NCBI RefSeq assembly: GCF_963921235.1 | Contig: NC_086118.1 | Location: 18,912,001-18,976,000, forward strand | Direction: 5' to 3' | Length of the DNA: 64,000 nucleotides | DNA from: Mobula hypostoma | Lineage: Eukaryota | Part shown: one piece after another, positions 36,963 to 52,000 of the stretch | Layout of the letters: every line of letters starts with the position of its first letter | Position numbering within the stretch: position 1 is the first letter of the stretch | Notes under the pieces: model-generated | The model's database searches: none | Told to the model about the DNA's origin: nothing | What the model saw: the letters and a program-made list of their open reading frames with translations, nothing else | Translations under genes and position numbers: made by a program

Positions 36963-39900
36963 ATCTGCACTTATGTTAATGCTGAACCTGCAGCAAAACA
37001 ATGCTGACTGTGACAGTCTGTCCATATCTTTCATTCGATTAGCATTATTGTGCTAATCTTTCACTTAAAAATACTTTTCATTTCATCTGACAGTCACTCA
37101 TTTCCTTTAATTAAAACCAATTTACAATGAAACTATTCTCCATGTTATATAGTTACTTATGGCAGCTCTAAGTACACACATAAATTTAAAGATAGCATCT
37201 TGCCCCTTCCTACAAGTGTAAGAATATAGTATTCCAAAAGTTCCATCACTTTAACAGCTCTTGATATCTTAGCTGTTGACGGGCAACACGGACCTGCTTG
37301 CTTATTTCTCCAATAGCTATCAACACAAGCACGGTAGGAACAATTTTTGTTCTAGGCAACTAGCTCAGAAATAATATTCCTGCACAACACAAAGAAAATT
37401 GAAAAGAAACAGTCAGCATCTCAAACATCATCAGCAGAGAGAGAAACAGGGTTAACATTTTAAGTTGATGACCTTTCATCAGTGAATATTTCATTGGAGA
37501 GAAATGATTGTACAGATTCCAAGCCATTGTTCAATAAATTGTGATTGCAATCAATGTTCCTTGCAGACTACTTGATTTTGTTTGAAGTGATTGATATTAG
37601 GTATTTCCCCTTTCAAGCTTTGGATCTTTGTTAACTTCATTTCATTAGGAAATATTGGCAGTAACTAATATCTATTCTTTCGTTTCCATTATGATATGCG
37701 TAGGTTAAGCTCCCTGACCCATTTACACTTGATTTTAAACCCACTCTCATGTTCTGGATACTTTGATTTCACTCTACCCAGTATGTTTTTGATGTAGTAC
37801 ATCTTTGCTCCATGGCTAACTTGTATTGATCATTCTGGTAAGTGGCCAGGCCTATGCTTGTATATTTACTTGTTCTCTCACGTCTTTTACCAGTAGTGTT
37901 TCCTGCAGTTAGTTTATTTATTTTTTGAGATATCGTGCAGAACAAGCCCTCCAGCCCGGTAATCGCTGATTTTACCCTAGCCTAATCACAGAAAAAATTA
38001 CAATGATCAATTATAAATTTCCCCTTGTTATTTCCAACTTTGATTATTTAGCTTATTTCAAAGTGTTCTTTTCTTAATGTAGTGTGAGCCTTCATATGTG
38101 TATTTTAATTTGGTTTTTAGTTTGTTGATAAGATGTATAGAAGATAATCTGATCAACTGGGAGCATGCTCTCTCGTAAAGTTCCCATCCTGGAAACTTCG
38201 CTACTAAGTTCAATACTTGAGATGTGAGATGTTGGAAAAACACACTTGAACAGGCGACATCTGTGGAGGGAAGTGCATAGTCAAAATCTGAGGTTGAGAC
38301 CATTCATATGAATTGAAACAAGGAGACAGCAGAATTATAAGGTGGAGGGAAGGTGTGTCACTATGCATCCTGCGGAAGGGTCTCGGCCCCAAACGTTGAC
38401 TGTACTCTTCCTAGGTGCTGCCTGGCCTGCTGAGTTCCTCCAGCATTTTGTGTGTGTTGCTTGGATTTCCAGCCTCTGCAGACTTTCTCTTGTTCCCTAT
38501 GTTTCTTGGTTTGATTCTTCACAAATGCTTATTGATAAATTATCTACTCGAGTCTGTCAGGTTCACATGCAATTAGCTTTGGCCCTCGTCAAATTCACGT
38601 ACTAACTGATTTCTGCTTGTCTTACAAACTCTACACCCACTGCTCTATTCTACGCGACCCCCCCCACCCCCGCACTTTCCTGACTCTTGTTGTCTTTCTG
38701 TGTGGGAGGCAAAGGAACTAGTCATGCCTGAATTTTTTTAAATTGTGAAGATCATATTTTTCTTATGCTTTTAAAGCTGGTCAGTTCTATATTCTCACAC
38801 TTTGCCAATTTTTGTTCATATTGCTTGGCAGGGTTAAATTCACTCATGTTCCTCCATGAACTGTCAGTCTTTCTTTTATTCTCTCCACTTTATAAGCCTC
38901 CTTTGCTCTGCATGCATCATGGATGGACAGTTGTCAGGAGAAGGGATGAAGAGCAAAAAGCCGAAGTTCCTACTAGTCTCAGCTTCCCTACTTGGAGCAA
39001 TTGCTTCCAGCAGAAATCAAGTGTTTCTTAAACATCACAAGCAGATTTTTTTTTTCTATGTTGTTCAACAATTCTGCAATTGGATTTGGAAAGCCTCTTT
39101 TTCCCTCTGAACACAAATGGTGAATTGTTCATTTTGCTTTTATGAATAGAAATTAACAATGCATTCTGTCTTGTTACCTGACTTTGAGCTTTGCTCCCTT
39201 TCCTCCTTTGGGAGCCTTCCTCAAACGTAGCTATTATTCATTAGACATGCACCTGTGAACCTTGCTATGCTCCCAGCTGATTTGATGTCTCCCTATTCAC
39301 CTTACAAGGATCTGAAACATAAGGCAATATGAATAATGCTCTCAATGGATGAGTAATTAATTACTATTCTTAGAAATACTTTGCCTGGTGATGGCCTTTC
39401 TCTCCCGATCAATTTACACAAAAAAGGAGCTATCCTCATTTTAGGTACTTTGCAGCTGCTATCTGTACAAATGTAACTGCTTTTATTTGAATTGTATTAC
39501 TTCACCTTTAGTTCTTGGACTTTTTTAAAAATTTACTATGAAATACCCAGGTAAAACGGAAAGGAAAAGCAGCTTCTCTTGGTGTCACTCATCAACTTCT
39601 CTAATATCCAGTCTCCCTCGGAGTGAAACGAAATGCAAGTAAAGGCAGGTACCAAGCTTAAGTGCTGCATTTGAACAGCACAAAGAGGAAATAAAATATT
39701 TAAACCTACAAACAAAACTGGAATTCCAGTCACATTCAACACCAAAAGCACGACTGAAGTATAAAAATGGCATCAAAAGAGCAAAGGAAAAAGTTGAAAA
39801 TGGCATGGCAAGGAGAAAAGAAGGGTGCAAAAGTAAAACAGCTTAGTTTTATCAAGGAAAGGCAAGGTTAGAGAGAGAGCACTGAAAATGGGTTCAAGTT

Positions 39901-41499
39901 GGAACACGTGATGTCACGTAAATTCTAAATATATTTCATCGTTTTCCACCTTGCCTTCGCAGGAAGGAGGCAGTTAATTTATTGATCTTGAAAGGGACGC
40001 AGAGGCTACTGCTGAATAAGTGGTAACATTATTCACACTGCTAACATGGCTGTTGAAAAGGAACATAACCCTCAGGGGGTGGAATGTACAGAAGGGTATC
40101 CTTCAGGAAATAAAGGAGCCATCTAAATAACTTAACACCACCTCTGAAGAAATCACCAAATACTCAAGAAGGGCCTGAGGACTGGACAAAGAGAGATGTT
40201 ATGTGAAGCTAAATAAACCTATCATTTAAGATTATGTAGCTCCTGAACAGAAGCGAAATCATGAAAGACTGCTTCTGAGGTTTCATGAATTCTGCATTAT
40301 ACCAGCTTTACAAATCTAATTTGAATGTATTTACAATTCCTCAAGAATGTTTGGTATTACAAATAAATACAGCAAGAGTTAGTGGAAATATTTAAGAATA
40401 GATTCAAAATTAGATGACCAGAAAAGCCTGGAGCCTGAAATTGTCACCAAACTCCAGAATGTTACTATTAAGATCCCACAGGGGTCTATATTAGCACCTC
40501 TTTTGTTCAATATCTTTCTAAATGTTCTGAAACTACAGAACAAGAGCATTGTGGTTAAACCAAGCTAATGATTAAAAGAACATCAGCAAAGAATGGACAA
40601 ATTTGAATATATCTGAAAATTGGGTGGGTAGACCAGTAACATGCAAACTCCAATGAATAGAAATGTAAAATGATTAAGGTCTTCTGCTTAAACTTGAAGA
40701 AATAAGATGAATGGCAAATGTAAGAGATTGAGGGATCCAGGTTTATAAAAAACTGAAGACTTTACAATTATGCTCAATAATTAGAAAGTAAATAGATATT
40801 GGGATCAACTCAAAGGTCAGTGTAGAGCTCAGTTTATGAAATGATGCTGTACCTATATAGAGATGTTGCAATCAGCCTCAGAAGACTGTGGAGCATTCTA
40901 ATCACAATTGAAAACTACCCCATAAGCAGATGTTGTCAGTCAAAGAGGTGAAGTAATTGCTGTTTTGATTGCTGATCATGTAAACTATGCTGTTCCAGAA
41001 CAGCAGATCCAGAAGACAGAGACTTTACCTGAAGGGAGTTAATTATGATGTTAATTTGTGTAGGATTTTGCATGGATTTTACCTACATTTTGGTTTGTCC
41101 ATACCTGCATTTCAGATTCCCATTCCCTAAGGGTATCTTAACTAGTTGTAAAGGACTGACCTTGTTGACAAGGACCTGAGTAGTGGAGGGCCTCAGAGTG
41201 ATCTCGATGGTCTAGAACAAGCTCTGCCCAGAAAACTCCTCTGATAGTCTTTGACAGCTGGCAATGTCCAACAGACTGCCATCTCTCAAAGCATCAGCAT
41301 TTTTCAGGATTAAACTTATTACAAATGAAATAAATAATTCATACATTTTAAAAAATAATCACACTTTTAAATATAAAATTAAAAAAACACAACCCACTGA
41401 TAAAAAAAAACACCAAATCGAACACCAGAAAAAATTTTCTCTGCAGATGGATTCCATGGGCTGCACCAGCAATTGCAGCCAGGAACTAACCTGATAACC

Positions 41500-42215
41500 T
41501 GGGGAACCAAGTGGCGCAAACAGCCCAGTCCAACACAGGTAAAGCCCTTCCTTCCATTGAGCACATCTACAGGAAAGTAGCATCAGTCATCAAGGACCCC
41601 TACCATCCAGGCCGTGGTCTCTTCTCACTGCCACCATCAGGAAGGAGATACAGACGCCTTAAGACCCACACAACCAGGTTCAGGAAGTTACTACCCCTCA
41701 GCCATCAAGCTCTTGAACCAGAGGGATAACTTCATTTACCTCCTCACTGAACTGTTCCCATAGCATATGGACTCATTTTCAAGGACTCTTCAGCTCAGGT
41801 TGCTTGCTTATTAATTAATTAATCAACATACATCAAAGTTGCTGGTGAACGCAGCAGGCCAAGCAGCATCTGTAGGAAGAGGTGCAGTCGACGTTTCAGG
41901 CCGAGACCCTTCGTCAGGACTGTTTGCGTTTAAATTAATTAATCGATTTAATTATTTATTTATCTATTTATTTATTCATTTATCTATCTAGCTATTTATC
42001 TGTCAATCTATTTATCTATCTATTTATTGTTTTTCCTTTTTGTATTGGCAGTCTGCTATCTTTTGTACATTGGTACTTGTCCGACTTGTTGGGTGCAGTC
42101 TTTCATTAATTCTATTCTGTTTTCTTGTATCTACTGTGAATGCCTGCAAGAAAATGAATCTCGGGGTTGCATATGGTGACATATATGTATTTTGATAATA
42201 CACTTCCTTTGAACT
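41500..42215 (+). mobile_element. Rex1/Babar 3' end with nested Penelope-repeat piece
   Basis: VIKDPYHPGRGLFSLPPSGRRYRRLKTHTTRFR; same family as 10335-10920. Confidence 0.85.
41885..41922 (-). ncRNA. Minimal type I hammerhead ribozyme motif (Penelope-derived)
   Basis: Minus strand CAGTC-CTGACGA-A-GGGT CTCG GCCT-GAAA-C-GTC-GACTG: stem I CAGTC/GACTG, intact CUGANGA and GAAA boxes, GUC cleavage triplet, palindromic ACGT stem III. Confidence 0.75.
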
Positions 42216-43244
42216 TTGATTTTCCGAACTTCCTAATTGACAAGAGAATCTTCCAAAATCTATCAACACAAATGCTGAAAAATCCAAGCCATTATGTTAG
42301 TGATTGAGTGTTAAATTTGTGATAAGTGAGAAAAAATATGTGACTTTGGAACTATGATTCACAAAGTGTTTTCTCACTTTATTTCCAAATCTGTTGGAGA
42401 ACAATTCATAGTGATTTTGTCATAATCAATATCTCTGTCATGATTTTATATTATAATATGGTACAAGATGAAAGAGATATCTTTTTTCATCTAGCAATTC
42501 TTACTTTCTTCTGAAATGTGTGATGAGATTCTGTGATCTTTCTGAAATGTGTGGGAGGCAGTTGGTGCTGAAGGAATACCACTGTTACAGAGTTCAAGAA
42601 AGTCAGAATCACTGGTGAGACATTTATTTCTGTGAATAATACGAATGATCAAGAGGGTAGCAACATGCAGTTAGATGTGTGAACTGAAAACTGTCTAGAA
42701 GTTTGCACTTTTGTATGCTGATTAATAAGAATGTGTTTTTACAACCCATTCAGAAGGAACAGAATTGTTGCCATAATGAAGAATCAGTGAAATAATTTTA
42801 AACCATACTTACCTATACAAGGCCTTGCAGTTACCACTTAATGGCAATTTTTAATAATTCAATTGTGAATGGAACAGCCATTCAAACAGAATCAAAGATG
42901 CACTGTTTTGGAAACCTTTTTTCAATCAAACATGTGCTATTTTGGAAATGGTTTTCAATTTGAAATTCACCTTTTAAAGCAATGCCTCTTTTGAAGGTTG
43001 TTGTAGTTTGCCAAACTTTTGAATTTGCTAAACATCTGATTTTTTTTTTTATTAAGACAAGATATTACTGCATCTTGGACCTCAGGAGACAAACTGAATA
43101 TCTAGCTGAATGATCAGAGACTAAAATGGCCAAGGGGTAAAAGTAATTTTCAAAGCCCTAGGTCTCACTTAAATGGAATCTGTGAGTAGTTGTTACCCTA
43201 TGCTACCATACAGATTCAAGCTAACATTATTGGGTAACTGCTGA

Positions 43245-44325
43245 ACAAATTAACAGCCCACAGTATTACAGGAAAGGTACTGACATAGATACAGGATTGG
43301 CTGATTGGCGGGAGGCAAAGACTGAAAATAGATGAACCTTCTTCTGTTGGTTGCCAGTGACTAGTAGTGGTCTGCAGAGGTCGACATTGGGACCATTTAT
43401 GTTTACGCTATGTCAATGATGGAATTGATGGCTTTGTGGCCAAGTTTGTAGACGATGCAAAGATAGGTGGAGGGGCAGGTAGTGTTGAGGAAGCACGAAG
43501 GCTGCGGAAGGACTTAGGACTTACACAGATTAGGAGAATGGGCAATGAAGTAGCAAAGAGAAGACAATGACAGGAAGTGCATGGTCAATGCACTCAAAAA
43601 TCTGAGGTGCAAAGGGACTTGGGGTCCTTGCGCAGGATTCCCTACAGGTTAACTTGCAGGTTGAGGAAGGCAAATGCAATGTTAGCATTCATTTTAAGAG
43701 GACCAGAATATAAAAGCAAGGATGTAATGTTGCAACATTATAAGGCACTGGTGAGGCCTCATTTGGAGTACTGTGAGCAGTTTTGGGCCCCTTATCTAAG
43801 AAAGGATTTACTGATATTGGAGAGGGTTCAGAGGAGGTTCACGAGCCTATCTCGGGGAAGGACAGGATTATCCCATGAGGTGCTTTTGATGGCTCAGGGT
43901 CTGTACTCACTGGAATTTAGAAGAATGGGGGAGTGATCTCAGTAAAACCTATTGTATGTTGAAAGACCTAGATAGAGTGGATGAGGAAAGTATGTTTCCC
44001 ATTATGGTGGAGTCTAGGAACAGGACAAAAACCTTATAATAGAGGGATGTCCATTTAGAATGGAGATGAGGAGGAATTTCTTTAGCCAGTGGATGGTGAG
44101 GTGGAATTCATTGCCACAGACAGTAGTGGTGTCCAGGTCATTGCGTGTATCTAAAGCGGAGGTTGAAAGGTTCTTGATTGGTTAAAGTATGAAAGATTAC
44201 AGGGAGAAGGCAGGAGAATAGGTGTGAGGGAAAATGAATCAACCATAATGAAATGGCGGAGTAGACTTTATGGGCTGAATGGCCTATTTCTGTTTTTCCT
44301 ATCCCTTATGGGTTTTCGGTCTTAT
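43245..44325 (+). mobile_element. CR1 LINE 3' portion
   Basis: KFVDDAKIGG; HYKALVRPHLEYCEQFWAPYLRKD...ERVQRRFT. Confidence 0.9.
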
Positions 44326-47300
44326 AGTTTGTTTATATACACCATGCAACTCTGTTCAGTTACTAATATTCTTATATCTGATTGACAATGCTCTGGGTTT
44401 AAGATCTAATCAATGATTAGATCACTGCATTTAAATTTTTGGAGATGTTTTTCATATTAAACTGAAGACAATGCCAGTTCATATGGCTAAAAAAAAGTCT
44501 TCTGATAATGCTGAAAGAAGGAGAAACATTTCCAATCTTCTTCAGTTCCATGTTATCCACTTCTTATTACCTGCTTCATTAGCTCATTGTGGGATTTTGC
44601 AGTAAAGGGAATCGAAGAATATGATTCAAGAAGCACTTGCAATCATTTGTTACAACTCAAAACTTTCTAAACTCAGTTGTTTTTTGGAGTAATCACTGTT
44701 CTAATACAGAAGTATAGCAACCGTTTGCACATGGAATGTAGAGCACAAGAGACTGCAGATGTTGGAATCTGAAGAAATACCTGGAGATCATTTGTTCCAC
44801 ACAGATATTCCCACAAGTAATAACTTTATAATGCACTGATAATCCAGTGTTATGATATTAATTTCAGGATAACATAAGGAATAATTTGACTTCTCTTTGA
44901 AAAAGCAGCTGGAGATATTTTTACATTTCATCTAATAGGAGAATCTAGATTTGATTCCTCATCCATATGACAGCAGAAAGGACAGTGCAGTAATCCTACA
45001 GTACCCCATTGGTGTTCCAGCCCAAAGCTTTATGCTCAAGTCTGGGCAGCACTTGAACTACAACCTTCTGGCCAAAAACAAAGTACTACCAGTAGGAATT
45101 TGCCTGACAAGAGCTGAGATCTGATTTCCCTCCCTGTTCATTTCCTGAATTGAGCCATTTTGAACAGGGAAGTGATCATTATCTGGAGAAATACAGAAAA
45201 CTGGTAGATGTAGTGGTGTCCCATAATAAGTTTTTAATATATCTCCCAATAAGAAGAGAAAGAAAACTGTGGTAATAGGGGCAGTGTCACAAACACGGAG
45301 CCATAGTTTCAAAATAAGGGGCTGATAATTTCAAACTTAGATATATAGAAATTTATTTTCTTAGAGAGTTGTGAATCTGTTGAATCCTCTGTTCCTGAGA
45401 GTGACTAAGGCCAGATCACTAATTATACTTTGGGTACAAGTTACAGTAGATAAATATTTGATAGTTTGAGGAATTGAGGTTTATGTGGAACTGACACAGA
45501 GAATAGTTTAGTCTAGCATATATCAGCCATGATCATTTTGAATGGTGGAGCAGGCTTAGTGGCCTACTCTGGCTATTTTCTTGTGTTCTTTCAAGAATAG
45601 CAGCTTTCAATATGCCAGAATTTAGCAAAACCCACACCATGGAACAGGAAACACGTGGATAACTAGTGAATGACTGAGGAAAAAAACATGGAATCAAAAG
45701 AGAAAATTGATAAAAATTGAAGAGATCAAATGTGGACTTTAAAAAGAATGAACCAGCCATAACTGAAGGGGCTTTGCAAAGTGCCTGCATGAAATCAGAA
45801 TAACACACAGTATTACCACAAACTGCGAGAGAATAGAAGTTATACCTGTTTAACTGTAATGAAGGAGGAGGAGGAGGAGGAATACCAGGTTTACTAGATA
45901 AACTGGATGAAAATGTCAGTCTAAATTGCAGGTATAAATTGGTGGAGTTACCTTCTGCATCTTGGTATAGAGCAATGAAGTAAACTAAGGCTTGCGAGGT
46001 TTTGAATCTGGTAGAGTGACTTAAGACCATTTACAAGAGATAGATTGTGTGAAATCCAAAAGTCACCCGCATTAAAAGTGGTAAGCATACGTGATGATAG
46101 GGAATAACAATGCTTCATATAAAAATACGAAATATTCTGGAGAAGTAGACCGAGGAATTTCTAGAACTTAATATGTTAATTGATATTATTAATAGTCATA
46201 TTTCCACGAGCAATATACATATTTTTCTTTCTTCAATGTGCTATGTACTTCTAGCAAACTCCCCATGATTGCCTGGTTCCATGTTTTGGAATTTTTTTGC
46301 TGTTGGGAGATCAGTTTATCTTTCATAACTTTGAAAATCAGCATTTTATCAGCTCCCAAATTTAAATGGATTTGATGTACTTATGCATTATTACTCAATC
46401 AAAAGACCTGGCTTTTAACGTACTTCTCACAACCTCATTTCAAAGTGCTTTACACTAGGCCATTGAAAAGTTGCAGCACAGAAGGAGGCACTTGGCCCAT
46501 TGTGTCTACGTCAGTCAAATATTACCTGACCTTATTCTGCCTTTCAGCATTAGCGTGCAGCTCTGCATGTTATACTTTTTTTAAAAGTGTATTATCCAAA
46601 TACATTTTAAATATGCTTTATGCTCTAAGTCCCTTCAAGCTGTTCCAAACCTCCTATCAACCTCTCAGTGATTTTCTTTTTCCCTTGATTTTTGTTAAGG
46701 GAAATAGATCATTTCTGTTTGCGGAATCGTAACTTTAAATACCACAGTTAGGTATCCTAGTCTGTGGCTCAGTTGGTTGTATCCACACATCTGAATCAGA
46801 AGCCTTGTAGGTTAATTTTTCACTCCAGAGACGTAAGTAGTCTTAGTGATTTATTTATTTATTTACTGAGATACAGTACAGAACAAATAGGCCATTCTGG
46901 CCCTTCGAGCTGAGCCAAGCGACGCTGCCATTCCCCGATATAACCTAGCCTAATTGCGGGACAGGTTACAATGACCAATTAACCTGCCAACTGGTATGTC
47001 TTTGGACTGTGGGAGGAAGCCAGAGCACCCGGAAAAACTGGAGCAGTCATGGCGAGAATGTTCAAACTCCTTACAAGCAGTGGTGGGATCTACCACACCT
47101 AAAATGTAAACATGTCCTTTCTGTAATGTGGTGTCGAGAACAATACTGAGTACTCAACCTATGGCTTCATTCATGTGGTATGACATTGAGGCAAAATCTT
47201 CCTGTTTTCTTTTATTTCTCAAGCAAACAAAAAAAAAGCAGCCTAATGTCTTTTAAACACATTATTTTATGTTTTCTACCACCTCTATAGACTTGTTACC

Positions 47301-47599
47301 AATGAAGTACTTTCAAGAAGTATTCACTGTCATAATACAACGCTAGCCACAGTTTATGTTCAAGTCTTTGTTTAGGGACATATAACCTTCTGATTCAGAA
47401 TGGAGAATACAACCATTGAGCCATAACTATCACCCAAATAGGACAGTAAATAATCCTGTGTCATACTGGCAGCAGGAATCTATACTGTTAAAAATTTCAG
47501 TCACCTAATTTCTGCTAGAAACCCAAGGTTTTAGGAAATTATTGCAGCGTTTTTAAAATGCACCATGCACACAAGTACAATGCACACATTTGATATGCA

Positions 47600-48160
47600 T
47601 GTCATTAAACATGAAACAGGCGTTTTAGATTTGTCAGACTACAGGAACACACTCGCAGTACCCAAGGTGACAGTGGTGCTTGAACAATTACTATAGCTTC
47701 TAACATTGCCGTCATTTCACTGATAATGATAATAACAATGTGCACATTTTGGACAGGGAGGACAGGCGAATTGAAATAGGGTTTAAAGAAGCTATCTTTG
47801 TCAAATTGGAAAACCCATCCCTGAATTGAGGGGGTGGGGTATGACACCACTTATCAGCTATTTACAATGCAGTCCTAACATCTCTACCCCAGCGTCTCCA
47901 CAACAGTTCACACCTCCACTCATGCAAAGATTACCTCTCATTACCTCTATGACTTTTAACGACCATCATGTGATTGTTATACCTTTAAACAACTCACAGA
48001 GTTTATAAACTGGAAAACTGCCGACCATGGGTTAGAATTGAAGAAGCTTCTTGGATGAGTGGCAAAATATCTTGTAGACAACGCAGCAAGTCCAGTTGCC
48101 TTGATTTACTATTGCTTGATATAAAATAACCTGGATGACTGAGAACCTTTATAGACATAA
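47600..48160 (+). mobile_element. Second Penelope family remnant (GIY-YIG C-terminus + terminal repeat)
   Basis: NNVHILDREDR..GFKEAIFVKLENPSLN read on the + strand from ~47734; decayed hammerhead-like ttgaagaagcttcttggatgagtggcaaaatatc at ~48038. Confidence 0.75.
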
Positions 48161-48376
48161 ATCTGAAAATCCTCATTTGCATTGCATTGATGCATTTGTT
48201 GTTAAGATGACAGGTACATACATTAGAGAATTGTCAAGACGAGTAAATATTAAGATATCAGAAGCTGAAACAAAAAAATCATGAAAGTAATCGCTTTCCT
48301 GATCTCAGGATTATACTCTATTCTTGGTTGGTGCAACTGTAACGAAACCCAATTTCCCTCGGGATCAATAAAGTAT

Positions 48377-48470
48377 GTCTATCTATCTATCTATCTATCT
48401 TATGTTTCTTTTCCAACTAAATTGTTTTGATGTGAAACCTTTCTTGTATTGTATTGTATTGTATTGTACT
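48377..48470. repeat. (TCTA)n and (TTGTA)n microsatellites
   Basis: Directly visible. The (TCTA)n run follows a Rex1-type tail (ccctcgggatcaataaagta). Confidence 0.85.
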
Positions 48471-48667
48471 GTAACCGTCGATTTACACACAGCAAACTCG
48501 TAAACTGCTGAAGGCAATGGCTGGATAAATGGCCTTGGAGATATTAATTGGGAGATAAATAAGTATTAACCAGGATATCAGAGAATACCCTGCCACTCTT
48601 TAAAATAATGCCACATTCACCTTAAGCCACAAAGCCTTATATTAATCACAACATCCAAAGGGACATC

Positions 48668-49050
48668 AGGCATGGTAGTGTAGTGATCAGCACAATGCTT
48701 TATAGCACCAGCGATCAGGGTTCAATTCTCACCACTGCTCACAAAGAGTTTGCACGTTTTCCCTGTGACCACACAGGTTTCCTCTGGGTGCTCTGGTTTC
48801 CTCCAATGGTCCAAAAGAAGTTGATTTGACAAGAGAAAGTCTGCAGATGCTGGAAATCCGAGCATCACACACAAAATGCTGGAGGAACTCAGCAGGCCAG
48901 ACAACATCTATGGAAAAGAGTACAGTTGACATTTTGGGCCGAAACCCTTGGTCGTTGTGCATTGTCCTGTGATTAGGCTAGGGGTAAATTGGGGGATTGC
49001 TGGGATTGCATGGCTCGAAGGGCCAGAAAGAGATATTGCGTTCTGTATCT
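48668..49050 (+). mobile_element. V-SINE with nested Penelope terminal-repeat fragment (~48830-48950)
   Basis: ggcatggtagtgtagtg...gggttcaattc...gtttcctctgggtgctctggtttcctcc, interrupted by ctgcagatgctggaaatcc...gctggaggaactcagcagg. Confidence 0.75.
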
Positions 49051-52000
49051 CAATAAGTAAATAAACAAATCACTCAGACTGTTCACTGGAGCGAAAAATT
49101 AACCTACAACGCATCTGATCCAGATGTGTGGATACTACCAACTGTGCCACAGCTGGTGAGAGGTGTGCTTTGGGCATAAATACAGACAAATAACCAGCAT
49201 AGATGGTAAGCATTTCCAAAGGTGCATTCAGAATAGGATTACCGTCCAAAGATTAAAGAACAGCAAATATGTTAAATTTATAGAAAGAGATATAAAGGTA
49301 ACCTTGGGAACTATAACCCAATAACTCTGACATCCGCAGCAATTAAAACATTAGACAGTATAATGAAGGCGGGAATAATACTCTATCTAGAGACGAGGCC
49401 ATGTCTGACAAATCTGCAGGAATCCTTTAAGCAGAAAGGAAGAATCTGCACTAAGATTTAAGCAACGTACTTGATATAACAATCAGCCAAGTCAAGCTGG
49501 ATTTGATCCCAGCTGATCTAAACTTATCTGAGCAAAATGTTAAAGGCCAAATGAGATGACCTCTGCCAAAATAACACGCAGCTCACTGCACTAGCCCGAG
49601 GATGGTAAAGACTCTGTGGTCAGTGGGTTTCATGTGGAGTATCATCTGCCTATCATCAGGACTCTGATAGCCACTGAGCCACTCCGTCTCTCTTCCTTCC
49701 AAGATACAGCATGAAAATAGACCTTTCAGCTCACCAAATCCATACTCACTACCAAACATATTGTTTTTGCATTAATTCTATCCTTACCTATTGTATTCTC
49801 CACACATCTTCCCCCAACTCTACAACTCATCTACAATGAGGGGCAACTTACACTTATCAACCTGGATGTCCTTTGGATATGGCAGGAACTGGAACATAGG
49901 GAGAAAATGCTAACTCCATCTGGAGGTCGGGATTTAAATCAGGTGTGTAGAGCTGTGAAGTAACAGCTCGATTAGTTGTGCCACAGTGTCTGATATTCAG
50001 AAACAATGAAAAGTTAATAAGATCGCTGTCTTTAAAAAGTGCTATAATCAAAATATTGCAGACATTAACAAGTAATTAAGATATTAAAAATAAAATAAAA
50101 ATAAACAACAAATTTACCTTTACCACCTAACTTGCAGGGCTGGGTAGCCCATCCAAATCAATGTGATTATCATCCCCATTCCAGGACTGACTGATACATG
50201 TTAATAGACGGGGATTCCTTCTGTAACACTGTGGAGTTCCAGTTCCATTTCTAAAGAATAATGGACATCCCATTGATCACTGGTCACTTTGCCTAAGTCC
50301 TGGACTTGCATGTTTGGAAGCAGGTGAATTAACTGCTGAAGTTCTCTTGGGGTAAGTTTCTTTGGCAAAGAGGGGTTGAAAGAAGACTTTGATGGAGTAA
50401 ACTATGAGGAGCTTAGATACCATAAATAGGAAGGACAAGTTACCTTTATCAAATGACAAAGATTTAAAATAATTAGTAGAAAGCTTTGACAGGAAATAGA
50501 GAAATGATTTTTCATACTGAAGATGGAATGGATTTGAATTTTTGCCTGATATGATTGTAAAGGCAGAAACCCTCAACACATTCTATGATGTAGTTGGGTG
50601 TACAGCTGATCTGCAACACTATGGAGCTGACACCAGAAGGTGGGGTTAGGCTAAGTGTATCAATTTTTTGATTGCTTCATATAGAAGATTAAATAACTTT
50701 CTTCTGTGAATACTTTGTTAAGCTACTTTGATATTGAGGGTCAGAGCTTGGAAGAGCTCACTTTGTCCGACTTGGAAACTACATTCAAATACCAGAGGAC
50801 ATGTACTTAAGTTGAGAGGGGGCAAATTTAGAAGACACGTGCGAATCAAGTTTTTTTTTTAACTGAGAGTGATACGTACAGTCTCTATTTGAACGGTCTG
50901 CTAGAAGAAGGGTTGGAACCAGGTACTGTATATTAGTGTCATTTATGAGACTTTCAGATAGACGGATAAATGTACAAGGAATAAAGGGTCATAGACCCTG
51001 TACAGGAAGAATAAGTTTTGTTTTTTTAATTTGGCATGAAGTTTGCTGTGGATATTGTAGGCTGAATGATCTGTTCCTATACTGCATTGTTCTATGTTCT
51101 CGTTCAGCAGCTCCTCTCTGTTAGGGAGTCTCATATTGCCTCTGTTCCACTGGTAGATGAGGTTGGTGATCTTCTTCTGACAGTTTTCTTTATCCATTAT
51201 TTCTTCATTCCTGTCACTCTTGAGCCCGAGTCTTACATCTCTCAGGGTTCGTTCTGCATGCTCCTCCTTCACCGACACTGTCTATGGTCTTTCAATAATT
51301 AGATTGAGCAGCACAAAAGCAATAATGAAGTCTTTATAATGATTGTAGAGGTTCTTAGCTGTAAATTGGTCTAACAAGCAGGGGAACCTTCTGTCTCTGC
51401 TCCCCCTCTGTGATCTCTGCAGCCCTCTGACTCTTTGACAGTGTATTCACCCAGATTTGCTGCAACTTTTTGCTATCATTCTTCCCTTCCACCCAACTTT
51501 TTATTCTGGCATCTTCCCACTTTCTTTCCAGCTCTAAAGAAGGCTCTCAGCCCAAAACGTTGACTGTTTTTTTCATTTCCATAGATGCTGCCTGACCTGT
51601 TAAGTTCCTCTAACATTTTGTGTGTGTTACAAAGGAAGTATAGCTTTTTGTCTCCCATAATCCCTCTCATCAGGCAGTGCTTGCTGCTCAACGTGCCTGG
51701 CAGCTTGTCTCCCTGATGATGAATGAGTCACGTATACTTGCTTTGAGGTTGATCTTCCAATGATTCACTGTCACTGGATAATGAGGGAATGGTAATCTTC
51801 CCTGCTGAGGAAAATCTCCAGCTTACTAAGATGAAAGGTCTTGTGACTATCAATAGTTGCCTGTACTTACTAGCAAATCCCACTGACTGAGATGTTACCT
51901 AGTCAGTACTGAATTCACCTCTCCACGGAAACAAAGCCTAGGTAACCTCACTGATGCAGTATTGAGCAGCAAACTGGAAGACAGTGTATGCTGCAGGAGG

